DNA from: Candidatus Methylomirabilota bacterium
GTDB lineage: Bacteria; Methylomirabilota; Methylomirabilia; Rokubacteriales; CSP1-6
DNA: 61,573 bases
Assembly (NCBI GenBank): GCA_035649755.1
Contig: DASRIY010000377.1
Span: forward strand, 1-61,573
Reading direction: 5' to 3'
The position numbers and the translations under genes are program-made. The notes under the pieces are model-generated. The model was not told where the DNA came from. It saw only the letters and a program-made list of their open reading frames with translations, and searched no databases. Of the stretch, positions 50,793-59,159 are shown one piece after another (position 1 is the stretch's first letter; every line of letters begins with the position of its first letter).

Positions 50793-51875
50793 GTGTCTAC
50801 TCTCTTGCGTGCGAGGCGTCCTCTGATGGGTGGATGGCAACGATCGAGTCTGGTGGGGCTCGTTCTCGCCATGTACCTGTTGCCCGCGCCAGCATTCGCG
50901 CAAACCACGAAGGCCGGTGTGGTCACAACGCTCGAAGGGAACGTCACGGCCGTGCGTGCCGTGATGCCGCAGCCCGTTCTCCTCAAGTTCCGGGACGACG
51001 TGTTCCTGCAGGATCGCGTCGTCACCGGCGACCAGTCGTTCGCCCGGCTCCTGCTCGGCGGCAAGGCTGTCATCAGCATTCGCGAGCGTTCAGCGGTTAC
51101 CATCACCGAGGTGCCCGGGCGCTCCACCGTCGAGATCGAATCCGGCAAGATCGCTCTGAGCGTCGCGCGCGACCGTATGGTCCCGGGCGAAGTCATCGAC
51201 ATCAAGACGCCGAACGCGGTTGCGGGCGTCCGCGGTACGGTTGTGGTCGCCCAGGTGACGTATCGCCAGGGTCCCGGCGGCGTTCGGGAACCCATCAGCG
51301 ACCTCTGGGTCATGCGGGGCCTCGTCGAGGCCACCCACATCAACCCCGCGGGCGTGCCGCTGAGTCCTGCGGTGTCGCTGGCCGCACAGGAGTCGTTCAG
51401 GGCCGATCCGACAACGGCGACAAAGGGCTCGTTCACGCTGGAGCAGATCGGCACGATCGTTGAGGGGCTCCAGCCTCACCGGTACGGGGATCCCGGCACG
51501 GCCAGTCAGGGCCCTGCCCGCCTCGAAGCGGTCAATGGTGCGATGTCGCTACTCACCAGCTTGACCGGTCGGCAATTGGTCACTGGAGTTCCGAAGGACA
51601 TCACGACCCCGGCCGACACGACGCCCAAGCAGTCCGTTACCGAGGTGATGGATAGCACGTCATCGCCGACCGCGCTGCGCACCACCTCATTCCAGCCGAC
51701 GTCCAGCATCGTCACGCCCCAAAGCGTGGTCGTGCCTGCCAGCGTCGTGCCTCCCAGCGTCGTGCCTCCCAGCGTCGTGCCTCCCAGCGGTCCGCCCGAT
51801 GTCTCGCGCGATTGCGATGTCCGACGGCCACCCGGCTCGCGCGACTATGGCCTTCGGGATCGAGGCCGACGATGA
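50793..51875 (+). CDS. FecR-domain protein with a Pro/Val/Ser repeat tail
   Basis: Signal peptide; FecR-like core (GVVTTLEGNVTAVRA...FRDDVFLQDRVVTGDQSFARLLLGGKAVISIRERSAV...GVRGTVVV); C-terminal VVPASVVPPSVVPPSVVPPS. Confidence 0.7.
   Translation: MSTLLRARRPLMGGWQRSSLVGLVLAMYLLPAPAFAQTTKAGVVTTLEGNVTAVRAVMPQPVLLKFRDDVFLQDRVVTGDQSFARLLLGGKAVISIRERSAVTITEVPGRSTVEIESGKIALSVARDRMVPGEVIDIKTPNAVAGVRGTVVVAQVTYRQGPGGVREPISDLWVMRGLVEATHINPAGVPLSPAVSLAAQESFRADPTTATKGSFTLEQIGTIVEGLQPHRYGDPGTASQGPARLEAVNGAMSLLTSLTGRQLVTGVPKDITTPADTTPKQSVTEVMDSTSSPTALRTTSFQPTSSIVTPQSVVVPASVVPPSVVPPSVVPPSGPPDVSRDCDVRRPPGSRDYGLRDRGRR
51729..51788 (+). repeat. Four tandem 15-bp repeats (gtcgtgcctSccagc) inside the FecR-like gene
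   Basis: Units at 51729-43, 51744-58, 51759-73 and 51774-88. Units 2-4 are identical and unit 1 differs by one base. They encode (VVP[AP]S)x4. Confidence 0.9.
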
Positions 51876-51976
51876 GCCCAGCCACCACCTAGAGTCCCTT
51901 CGCATAGAGCCCATTCGCAATCGCTCCCACCGACCAGGCATCGAGAGGTCGCTCGAAGCCCTTCGAGGAGGAATAC

Positions 51977-53275
51977 ATGAGCGGGACTGCGCCATCACAT
52001 AGCCGACGCGCCTTCATCACGACGGGCGGCCGCGCGCTCGCCGGCATCGCGGGCATCCTCGCGGCCGGCCGCGCGCCGGCCAGCTGGGCCGCGCGCGAGC
52101 TGAGCCTCTTGACCGCCGTGAACTACGCGCCGGCCTCGGACGTGAAGCTCGACGAGCTGGGCAAGCGGTTCACGAAGGCCTCCGGCGTCACCGTGCGGAT
52201 CGATCACATCCAGAGCGTGCAGATGCCGGCCAAGCTCTCCGCCGAGATCATGAGCAAGTCGGGCCACGACATCATGAGCCTCGAGATGCACTATCCGTGG
52301 CTCTTCCAGCCCGGACTGGTGGACGTCTCCGACATCTGCAACGACCTGGCGAAGAAGCACGGCGACTGGTACACGTTCGCCAAGGAGCACGCGCTGGTCA
52401 AGGGGCAGTGGCTCGGCGTGCCGTTCATGTACACCTCGTTCCCGGGCAGCCATCGCATCGATCTGTTCGAGAAGGTCAACGAGCGCGAGCCCGACACGTG
52501 GGAAGACCTGCTCCGCGCCGGACGCAAGCTGAAGAAGCTCGGCCACCCGGTGGGCTTCGCCATCAGCCAGACCACCGACTCGGTGTCGACGCTCTACTCG
52601 ATCCTCTGGTGCTACGGCGCCAAGGACGTGGCCGAGGACGGCAAGACCATCTCCATCAACTCAAAGCAGACCGAGGCCGCCATCGACTACGTGCTGGCGC
52701 TCTACAACGACGCGATGGATCCGGCGATCCTCTCGTGGGACAACGCCGGCAACAACCAGTGGCTGAACTCGGGCAAGGGCTCGTGGATCCACAACCCGAT
52801 CAGCCACTACGTCGTCGCCAAGCAGGAGAAGCTCCCCGTCGCCGAGCTCACGGGCTTTCACGCCTCGCCCGCGGGACCGGCCGGGCGCCACACCGTCGGC
52901 GTGCCGCGCAGCCTCGGCATCTGGAAGTTCAGCAAGAACATCGACGTCGCCCGCGACTTCCTGAAGTGGTTCTTCGAGCCCGCGCAGTACCACGAGTGGA
53001 TCGTGTCGGGCGACAGCTACAACCATCCCACCTGGAAGGACATGGAAAACCACCCGGTGTGGGACCTGGACAAGAAGTACAAGCCCCTCAAGGGCATGGC
53101 GCGCTACTCGCATCTGTACGGCTGGCCCGCGCCGCCCGACGAGAAGATCCAGCTCATCACCAACAGCTACATCATTCCCAACATGTTCGCGCGCGTGGTC
53201 ACGGGCGCCTCGAAGCCCAAGGAGGCGATGCTCTGGGCCGAGACGGAGATCAAGCGGGCCTTCGAACGCGGCTAG
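51977..53275 (+). CDS. ABC-type substrate-binding protein (family 1) with Tat signal
   Basis: SRRAFITTGGRALAGIAGILAAGRAPASWA twin-arginine leader; SBP_bac_1-like body. Confidence 0.8.
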   Translation: MSGTAPSHSRRAFITTGGRALAGIAGILAAGRAPASWAARELSLLTAVNYAPASDVKLDELGKRFTKASGVTVRIDHIQSVQMPAKLSAEIMSKSGHDIMSLEMHYPWLFQPGLVDVSDICNDLAKKHGDWYTFAKEHALVKGQWLGVPFMYTSFPGSHRIDLFEKVNEREPDTWEDLLRAGRKLKKLGHPVGFAISQTTDSVSTLYSILWCYGAKDVAEDGKTISINSKQTEAAIDYVLALYNDAMDPAILSWDNAGNNQWLNSGKGSWIHNPISHYVVAKQEKLPVAELTGFHASPAGPAGRHTVGVPRSLGIWKFSKNIDVARDFLKWFFEPAQYHEWIVSGDSYNHPTWKDMENHPVWDLDKKYKPLKGMARYSHLYGWPAPPDEKIQLITNSYIIPNMFARVVTGASKPKEAMLWAETEIKRAFERG

Positions 53276-53298
53276 TGCCTGGACACACGGTGGGCGAC

Positions 53299-54438
53299 AT
53301 GCCGATCTCGCGATCGGCTGTCGCCCCCGCTCTCACCCGCCGCGATGCGCTGCGGGGCCTCGGTGGGCTCGGGCTCTTCGCGCTGACCGGCGGGGCCGGA
53401 ACCCTGCTGAGCGCCTGCGCCTCGGGGCAGTCCAGCGCGGAGGTGCTCGCCGACCCTGAAAGTGCGGCGCTGGTCGACAGCACCATTGCCGTCGACATGC
53501 ACTCTCATGCCGCCGGCGCCAGCGGGCGTCCCAAGCCCACCTACGATCTGGCGGAGCGTATTCGTACCGGGCGCATGACGGCCGTGTGCCTGGAGCACTC
53601 GGCCGACGGTCCGGTGATCAAGCGCGAGCCCGACAACCGCATCCGCACCGTCCGTCAGGCGGAGCCCGGCGAGCTCTGGCGCCACACCCAGCGCCGGCTC
53701 GCGTGGTTCGACGACCTGGTCCGGGACCAGGGATTGCGCCGTGTGCTGCGCCCGGGAGACCTCGAAGCGGCGCACCGGGACAGGGCGCCGGCGATCGTGC
53801 AGGCCATCGAGGGCTGCCAGTTCATGGAAGGCAAGCTGGAGCGCATCGCCGAGGTGTACCGGCGCGGCGTGCGGCACCTGCAGCTGGTGCATTTCTTCCG
53901 GAGCGATCTGGGCGACAACCAGACCGAGCCGGCGGACCAGGGCGGCCTCACGCCGTTCGGCCGCGACACCATCGTCGAATGCAACCGGGTGGGTGTCGTG
54001 ATCGACGTGGCGCATGCCACCATGAAGTTCGTCGAGGCGGCGGCGAAGGTCAGCAAGACGCCGCTGATCCTGTCCCACACCAGCGTGGCCCAGGGGCAGC
54101 CCGCCCAATTCTCGCGGCGCATCTCGCCCGAGCATGCCAAGCTGGTGGCGAGCACGGGCGGCGTCGTGGGCGTGTGGGCCAGCCCCACGCTGCAGAGGTC
54201 GCTCACCGACTATGTCGACGCCGTCGCCCGCGCCGTCGATGCGGCGGGCGCGGAGCACGTGGGATTCGGCACCGACAACTCCGGCTTCGGCGCCACGCCG
54301 GCCGTATGGGATGACTACCGGGACTACCCGTTGATCGTGCGCCTGATGCTCAAGCGCGGCTTCTCGCCCGACGAGATCCGCGAGATAGCGGGCGGCAACT
54401 ATCTGCGCGTATTCAACCTGTCGGTCAGGATGGCCTAG
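53299..54438 (+). CDS. Membrane dipeptidase family (peptidase M19) with Tat/lipoprotein-like leader
   Basis: TRRDALRGLGGLGLFALTGGAGTLLSAC leader; VDMHSH, RHLQLVHFFRSDLGD, VIDVAHA, ILSHTS and GFGTD metal-site motifs of M19. Confidence 0.85.
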   Translation: MPISRSAVAPALTRRDALRGLGGLGLFALTGGAGTLLSACASGQSSAEVLADPESAALVDSTIAVDMHSHAAGASGRPKPTYDLAERIRTGRMTAVCLEHSADGPVIKREPDNRIRTVRQAEPGELWRHTQRRLAWFDDLVRDQGLRRVLRPGDLEAAHRDRAPAIVQAIEGCQFMEGKLERIAEVYRRGVRHLQLVHFFRSDLGDNQTEPADQGGLTPFGRDTIVECNRVGVVIDVAHATMKFVEAAAKVSKTPLILSHTSVAQGQPAQFSRRISPEHAKLVASTGGVVGVWASPTLQRSLTDYVDAVARAVDAAGAEHVGFGTDNSGFGATPAVWDDYRDYPLIVRLMLKRGFSPDEIREIAGGNYLRVFNLSVRMA

Positions 54439-54440
54439 TC

Positions 54441-54704
54441 ATGCGGCCCTGGCTCTGGCTCCTCGTCCCGCTGATCGCGGCCTGCGGGGTCACGGTCAAG
54501 GACAAGGGCAGCGACGTCAACGTCAGCGGCGTCATGCTGCTCTACACCGACTGGATCCCGCCGGCCGACGCCAAGTGGGAGAAGGATTCGCTCGAGTGCG
54601 ACTACCAGGCGCGCGACGCCGTGCCCAGCCTCATCCGCATGCCCGGGCGGCGGCAGCTGATCGCCGAGCGGTGCCTCATGGAAAGAGGCTACGTCAGGCG
54701 CTGA
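54441..54704 (+). CDS. Small lipoprotein (87 aa)
   Basis: Lipobox LVPLIAAC; starts 3 nt after the dipeptidase stop. Confidence 0.45.
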   Translation: MRPWLWLLVPLIAACGVTVKDKGSDVNVSGVMLLYTDWIPPADAKWEKDSLECDYQARDAVPSLIRMPGRRQLIAERCLMERGYVRR

Positions 54705-54726
54705 TCGTCCCTTCCCGGAGCGGGGG

Positions 54727-55368
54727 TCATCTCAGGCTGAAGTTCAGGAGCTCGCGCGACGCGCGTCCGCCCGTTTTCAGCGGATACTCGTCCTTCACCA
54801 TGTGATGCACGAACGGCGCGTACCAGAGCGTGAGCACCCAGGCATTGGTCAGTGCATTGGTGCAGACGACGCGAATGGTCGCGAACGTGCCGGCGGGCAC
54901 GGTGACAGTGTCGCGCCCTTCGGCCGCACATCGTCGCTCGACGCTCTCGGTCTCCTGCTCGATCGGCCGTTTCTCGACATACTTCATGCTCCAGGATTGG
55001 CCGACCCGCAGCGGGAAGGCGACGACTCGCCAGGCGGACGGCGAGATCTCGCGTGCGATCTTGCCGTCCAGGGCTTCCCGGGTGAAGCCGAGATTGTCCA
55101 CGCGATAGAAGATTTCACGGGGGCCCGCCGTCACGACGTAATGCGGCAGGCCCGAAAGATTCTCCACGCGCTCGACACGCCACGCGAACGTCCCGCTTCC
55201 CGACGAGCCGTTGTAGCGATACGCCCACACGTCCCCGAGCTTCCATACGGGCTGGGCGACAGGCTCGGTGAAATCCCCGATCGGAGCGGCCTGCTTCCCT
55301 ACGCAGCCGGCCAGGAGGAGAAGAACAAGGGCACCACCAAGAGCGTGACTCGGTGATCGCCTGACCAT
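54727..55368 (-). CDS. Hypothetical lipoprotein
   Basis: Lipobox LLLLAGC, beta-rich body, no recognisable family. Confidence 0.5.
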   Translation of the reverse strand: MVRRSPSHALGGALVLLLLAGCVGKQAAPIGDFTEPVAQPVWKLGDVWAYRYNGSSGSGTFAWRVERVENLSGLPHYVVTAGPREIFYRVDNLGFTREALDGKIAREISPSAWRVVAFPLRVGQSWSMKYVEKRPIEQETESVERRCAAEGRDTVTVPAGTFATIRVVCTNALTNAWVLTLWYAPFVHHMVKDEYPLKTGGRASRELLNFSLR

Positions 55369-55431
55369 GCGATTGAGCCACGGGCTCGACCGTCGTCGAG
55401 CCCGCGTAGCCCCGCCTCTACCCAGCTTCGG

Positions 55432-56700
55432 CTAGCCGATCGACGCGTACACCCCGCGTTCGAGCTGTCCGTACAGCTTCAGCACCCGCGGGTCGGCGAA
55501 CGGAAGGATCTGCGTCATGATCAGTCCCGTCACGCGCTTGACGGGATCGATCCAGTAATACGTGTTGTACAGCCCGCCCCAGCTCACCGCGCCCGCGCTG
55601 CGGCCGTTCGGACCGGGTTGCAGATTCAGCATGTAGCCGAGGCCCCAGCGCAGCTGCTGGCCCGGGAACAGGTCAACGTCGTACGAGAGGTTCTTCATCT
55701 CGGACTTCAACACCCCACACGGAATGTTTCCGGTGTGGTTCTGGTACATCAGAGCGACGGTCTCGGGCTTCAGGATGCGCGCGCCGTTGACGCTACCGCC
55801 CCTCAACAGCATCTGCACGAACGTGAGATAGTCGCGGGCCGTCGAGTAGAGCGGACCGCCGGCGGAGAAGAACTCGGCCTTGACCGGCACGGCCTCGAGC
55901 GGCTGGAGCGCCAGCGAGTCGTCGGGCTGGCGCGTGTGCAGCCGCGCCTGACGCGCGCGCTGCTCCGACGACATCACGTACCCACTGTCCTTCATCCCAA
56001 GCGGACCGAAGATCTTGTCCCGGAAGTAGTCCTCGAGCGGCTGGCCGCTGGCGCGCTCGATCAGGAGGCCCGTCCACTCGATGTTGATGCCGTACAGCCA
56101 CCGATCGCCCGGATCGAAGGCAAGCGGCGTACGGAGCGCGGCCACCTTGCCGGTCGCTCGGTGCGGCATCTGCATGATCTTGGCGTAACGCCCGGTGTTC
56201 GCGTCCCAGGTGTCGTACGTGAAGCCGGCCGTGTGCGTGAGGAGGTGCTTCAGCGTGATCGGCCGCTTCGCCGCACGCAGCTTCGGCTGGCCGGAGGCAT
56301 CGAACCCTTCCAGTACCTGGGGCGCGCTCAGGGCGGCATCGATGTTCGGCACCGGATCGTCGAGCTTCAGCTTGCCCTGCTCGACGAGCTGCATCGCGGC
56401 CACGGTGGCGATCGCCTTCGTCATTGACGCGATGCGGAACACGGTGTCGGGCGTCATCGAGGCGGCACCGGCCTCGAGCGCGCGCGGGCCGATCGCGCCT
56501 TCGTACAGCACACCCTTCTCGGTCGCCGCCATTGCGACGACGCCCGGAACCTCCTTTGCGTCGACCGCCTGCTTTAGAATAGGATCGATGCGGGACTTCG
56601 CCGAGTTCTCCTGCGCGTGCAGACGTCCCACGCGGAACGACGCGGCGGCACCGACGGCCAAGGCCCCCTTTAACACGTCGCGACGGCTGGTCTGCCTCAT
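55432..56700 (-). CDS. Serine hydrolase, beta-lactamase/esterase (class C-like) family, Tat signal
   Basis: MRQTSRRDVLKGALAVGAAASF Tat leader; FRIASMTKAI (SxxK). Start ATG 56700. Confidence 0.85.
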   Translation of the reverse strand: MRQTSRRDVLKGALAVGAAASFRVGRLHAQENSAKSRIDPILKQAVDAKEVPGVVAMAATEKGVLYEGAIGPRALEAGAASMTPDTVFRIASMTKAIATVAAMQLVEQGKLKLDDPVPNIDAALSAPQVLEGFDASGQPKLRAAKRPITLKHLLTHTAGFTYDTWDANTGRYAKIMQMPHRATGKVAALRTPLAFDPGDRWLYGINIEWTGLLIERASGQPLEDYFRDKIFGPLGMKDSGYVMSSEQRARQARLHTRQPDDSLALQPLEAVPVKAEFFSAGGPLYSTARDYLTFVQMLLRGGSVNGARILKPETVALMYQNHTGNIPCGVLKSEMKNLSYDVDLFPGQQLRWGLGYMLNLQPGPNGRSAGAVSWGGLYNTYYWIDPVKRVTGLIMTQILPFADPRVLKLYGQLERGVYASIG

Positions 56701-56941
56701 GGGTTCGCCCTCCGGGTGCGGTTGGACCGCGTGAAAGGTCTGGTCGTCGATGCTAAGCGATCCGGGATTCGAAGGAAAGTGCGCTTGGGGGGTGTACAAA
56801 CTACAATCCGGGGAGTAAGTTCTACTCGGCTCCCCGTGCGGCGGCCCGGTCTAGTCGGGATACGTCGCCGCGCCGCGGTCCTGCGCGGCGGGCCTCGTAA
56901 TCAGGGGTTGGCATTCGCGTTGCTGCAGAAGGAGCACCGTC

Positions 56942-58312
56942 GTGGCTGATCAAACCAGGCGCCTCTGCATCGTCTCTCGCGATCGACTCGACGGCCGGGA
57001 TTTCCTCGCGGCCGTCCAGGCATCGGTGCAGCCGGAAGACTACCTGGAAGTCATCGTCGACCGGCGTCGCGGCGAGCCATCGAGCCAGTGGCATGGCGCC
57101 AACGATCGGCGCAAGCGGCCTCACGTGGATCTCGCGCTGCTAGAAAGCGGCGTCGCGATCGTTCCAGCGGCGACTCCGGCAGACGAGAGACGACGCGAGC
57201 CTGCTTCCCGCGGGCCTTCTCCCAGAGACCGGACCAGCGGCCAACGCTTCGAGGACCGCCTGGTCGACGGAGAGATTTCACAGGAGGACTGGTCCGCGTC
57301 GCCAGCGCGCGACCCATTCTCGCAGCGGGCTCCATCGCGGTTCGCGTCGCGAGTCGTGACGGCGCCCGATGACTACCGGCCGGAGCCCTATGAGAGCAGT
57401 CTTGACGATGACACGGAGCGGCTCAAAGCGATCCGAGGCTTCAGCCAGCGCTTGAGGCAGGAGAAGCACCCCTCTCGGTCGCGGCTACCGTGGATCATCG
57501 CCGTGCTGGCGATCGCCGTCGCCCTGGTCGCCGCGCTGATCGCGCTGTCCCCGCTGGGAAATTCGCTCAAGCAGGCCTTCAAGCAAAGCCTCGCGGCTCG
57601 CCGCTCGTCGGAGACGTCTCGCACCGCATCCGAGGCATCTCGCACCGCTTCGGAAACACCACGCGCTTCGTCGGAGACGCCGCGCGCTTCGTCGTCTCGT
57701 GTCCCGTCGGCAACACCTCGCGCCACTGAGCCCGCCGCCGGTGGCGAGCCCTCGCCCGTGCCGTCGCGTGACACGAACGCCACGTCTCCACGAGACAACC
57801 GCGAACTGCCCGCCGCCAATAGCGCTCCGGCCGCCGGCCGCAGAGCTGGGTCGAGTGTGAACGAGCCCAGCGCCGAGAGCGCCCCGGCGGCGCCGCAGAC
57901 CTCGGATGGAACGACGTCTGGTCGCCGACCGAGACCGAGTGTGAGCGAGCCCGCACCGAGACGTGCGGCTCTGCCACCGGCGCCGGAGCCCGTGGTGCCG
58001 CCGTCGGAGTCCACGGGGAGGTTGATGACGTCGCCACGATTCCCCGACTTGCCTCGCGTCGATGTGAGCCGGGAGCCCGGCGGGATCTATTCGGCGAGAA
58101 TCGTCGACCCCGCAGGTCGGCCCCTGACCGACGCCGACGTCCTGCTGCTCGCGCGCATGTCGGACGGCACGGTCGAGAACGTCATGATGCAGTTCTCGCC
58201 GGATCGCGGGATCTATCGCGGTGCGCTGCCAGCAACCCGTTCGTCGATCGTCTATCTCAGGCTTCGCGTGATCACCGGCAACAAGCGCATCGAAATTCCG
58301 GTGGAACCATAG
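56942..58312 (+). CDS. Membrane-anchored protein: N-terminal copy 4 of the small Arg-rich domain, disordered linker, TM helix, Ser/Thr/Pro/Arg repeats, C-terminal beta-sandwich-like domain
   Basis: GTG start. RRLCIVSRDRLDGRDFLAAVQASVQPEDYLEVIVDRRRGE...NDRRKRPHVDLALLESGVAIV aligns with the three small ORFs. TM helix PWIIAVLAIAVALVAALIAL. The C-terminal ~90 aa (GIYSARIVDPAGRPLTDADVLLLARMSDGTVENV...YRGALP...LRLRV) is reminiscent of YtkA/FixH-type Ig-like domains. Confidence 0.6.
   Translation: MADQTRRLCIVSRDRLDGRDFLAAVQASVQPEDYLEVIVDRRRGEPSSQWHGANDRRKRPHVDLALLESGVAIVPAATPADERRREPASRGPSPRDRTSGQRFEDRLVDGEISQEDWSASPARDPFSQRAPSRFASRVVTAPDDYRPEPYESSLDDDTERLKAIRGFSQRLRQEKHPSRSRLPWIIAVLAIAVALVAALIALSPLGNSLKQAFKQSLAARRSSETSRTASEASRTASETPRASSETPRASSSRVPSATPRATEPAAGGEPSPVPSRDTNATSPRDNRELPAANSAPAAGRRAGSSVNEPSAESAPAAPQTSDGTTSGRRPRPSVSEPAPRRAALPPAPEPVVPPSESTGRLMTSPRFPDLPRVDVSREPGGIYSARIVDPAGRPLTDADVLLLARMSDGTVENVMMQFSPDRGIYRGALPATRSSIVYLRLRVITGNKRIEIPVEP
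57605..57724 (+). repeat. Degenerate 18-21-bp tandem repeats encoding S-E-[TA]-[SP]-R-[TA]-A units
   Basis: SSETSRTA / SEASRTA / SETPRA / SSETPRA / SSSRVPSATPRA read directly from the sequence. Confidence 0.6.
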
Positions 58313-58351
58313 CGGCCGAATCCCCGGCCGGTCGTTCGTCGTCCAATCAAT

Positions 58352-59116
58352 ATGGACTCCCCAGAGAGTCTCTCGATCCTGCAGCAATATAGCCTGCTGA
58401 TCTTGCCCGCCCTCGTTGTGGCGGAGCAGTTCGGGATCCCCCTGCCCGCGGTGCCGGCCCTGCTAGGCGTCGGGGCACTCGCAGCGAGCGGCCAGGTCAG
58501 CATTCCGATGGTGCTGGGTGTGATCGCGGCGGCGGCATTCACCGTAGACCTGACCTGGTACGAGCTGGGCCGCCGCCGTGGCGCTGCGGTACTCGCCAAG
58601 ATCTGCCAGATGTCACTGCGGCCGGACTCAAGCGTCGGCAGGACGGAGCGTATTTTCGCAAGGTACGGCGCCGGGTTCATTCTCGTCGCCAAGTTCGTCC
58701 CGGGGCTCAGCACCATCGTGCCACCACTCGCGGGCATCGCCGGGATCGGTCGGGCCCGGTTCGCCATCTACGAGGTCGGCGGCGTGCTGCTCTGGGCCGG
58801 CACCTGGGTGGGGCTCGGCTACTACCTCAGCGATGCGGTCTCCTCGATCGCCCTTGCCGCCACCAGGCTCGGTCGTCTGATGGCTGTCATAATCGTCGCG
58901 GCAATCGCCGCCTACGTTATCGTCCGATACGTGCGCCGGCGTGTTCGCCTGCGCGCATTCCGGCCGGTGCCGTCCGTAGCCGAGCGTCTGGAGGGAACGC
59001 CGTACGCCGTCCCCGCTAGTGGGCCGGATGCGATCGGACGCGATGGCGACCAGGAGGGGCACGGCGAATCCCGAGGAGACACGCGGGTCACCGCAGTCGC
59101 TCGACGCGCCGCCTGA
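58352..59116 (+). CDS. DedA family membrane protein
   Basis: VVAEQFGIPLPAVPALLGVGALA...YELGRRRG...RYGAGFILVAKFVPGLSTIVPPLAGI, the SNARE-associated/DedA pattern. Confidence 0.85.
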   Translation: MDSPESLSILQQYSLLILPALVVAEQFGIPLPAVPALLGVGALAASGQVSIPMVLGVIAAAAFTVDLTWYELGRRRGAAVLAKICQMSLRPDSSVGRTERIFARYGAGFILVAKFVPGLSTIVPPLAGIAGIGRARFAIYEVGGVLLWAGTWVGLGYYLSDAVSSIALAATRLGRLMAVIIVAAIAAYVIVRYVRRRVRLRAFRPVPSVAERLEGTPYAVPASGPDAIGRDGDQEGHGESRGDTRVTAVARRAA

Positions 59117-59159
59117 GCGATCAGGCCACGCCCGCCAACACAATCCGGCATCACTCCGG

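Noticed and set aside
51729-51788. Possible CRISPR-like array (regular short repeats).
   Set aside because: The units are contiguous 15-bp repeats with no spacers, in frame inside a coding region. No cas genes are in the window.
56700-56941. 240-bp intergenic region with a CGGGGAG...CTCCCCG hairpin, considered as a possible small RNA or riboswitch.
   Set aside because: It has a single 7-bp stem with a 14-nt loop and no further conserved-looking structure or recognisable motif. It more likely just holds the divergent promoters of the hydrolase and the 456-aa protein gene.
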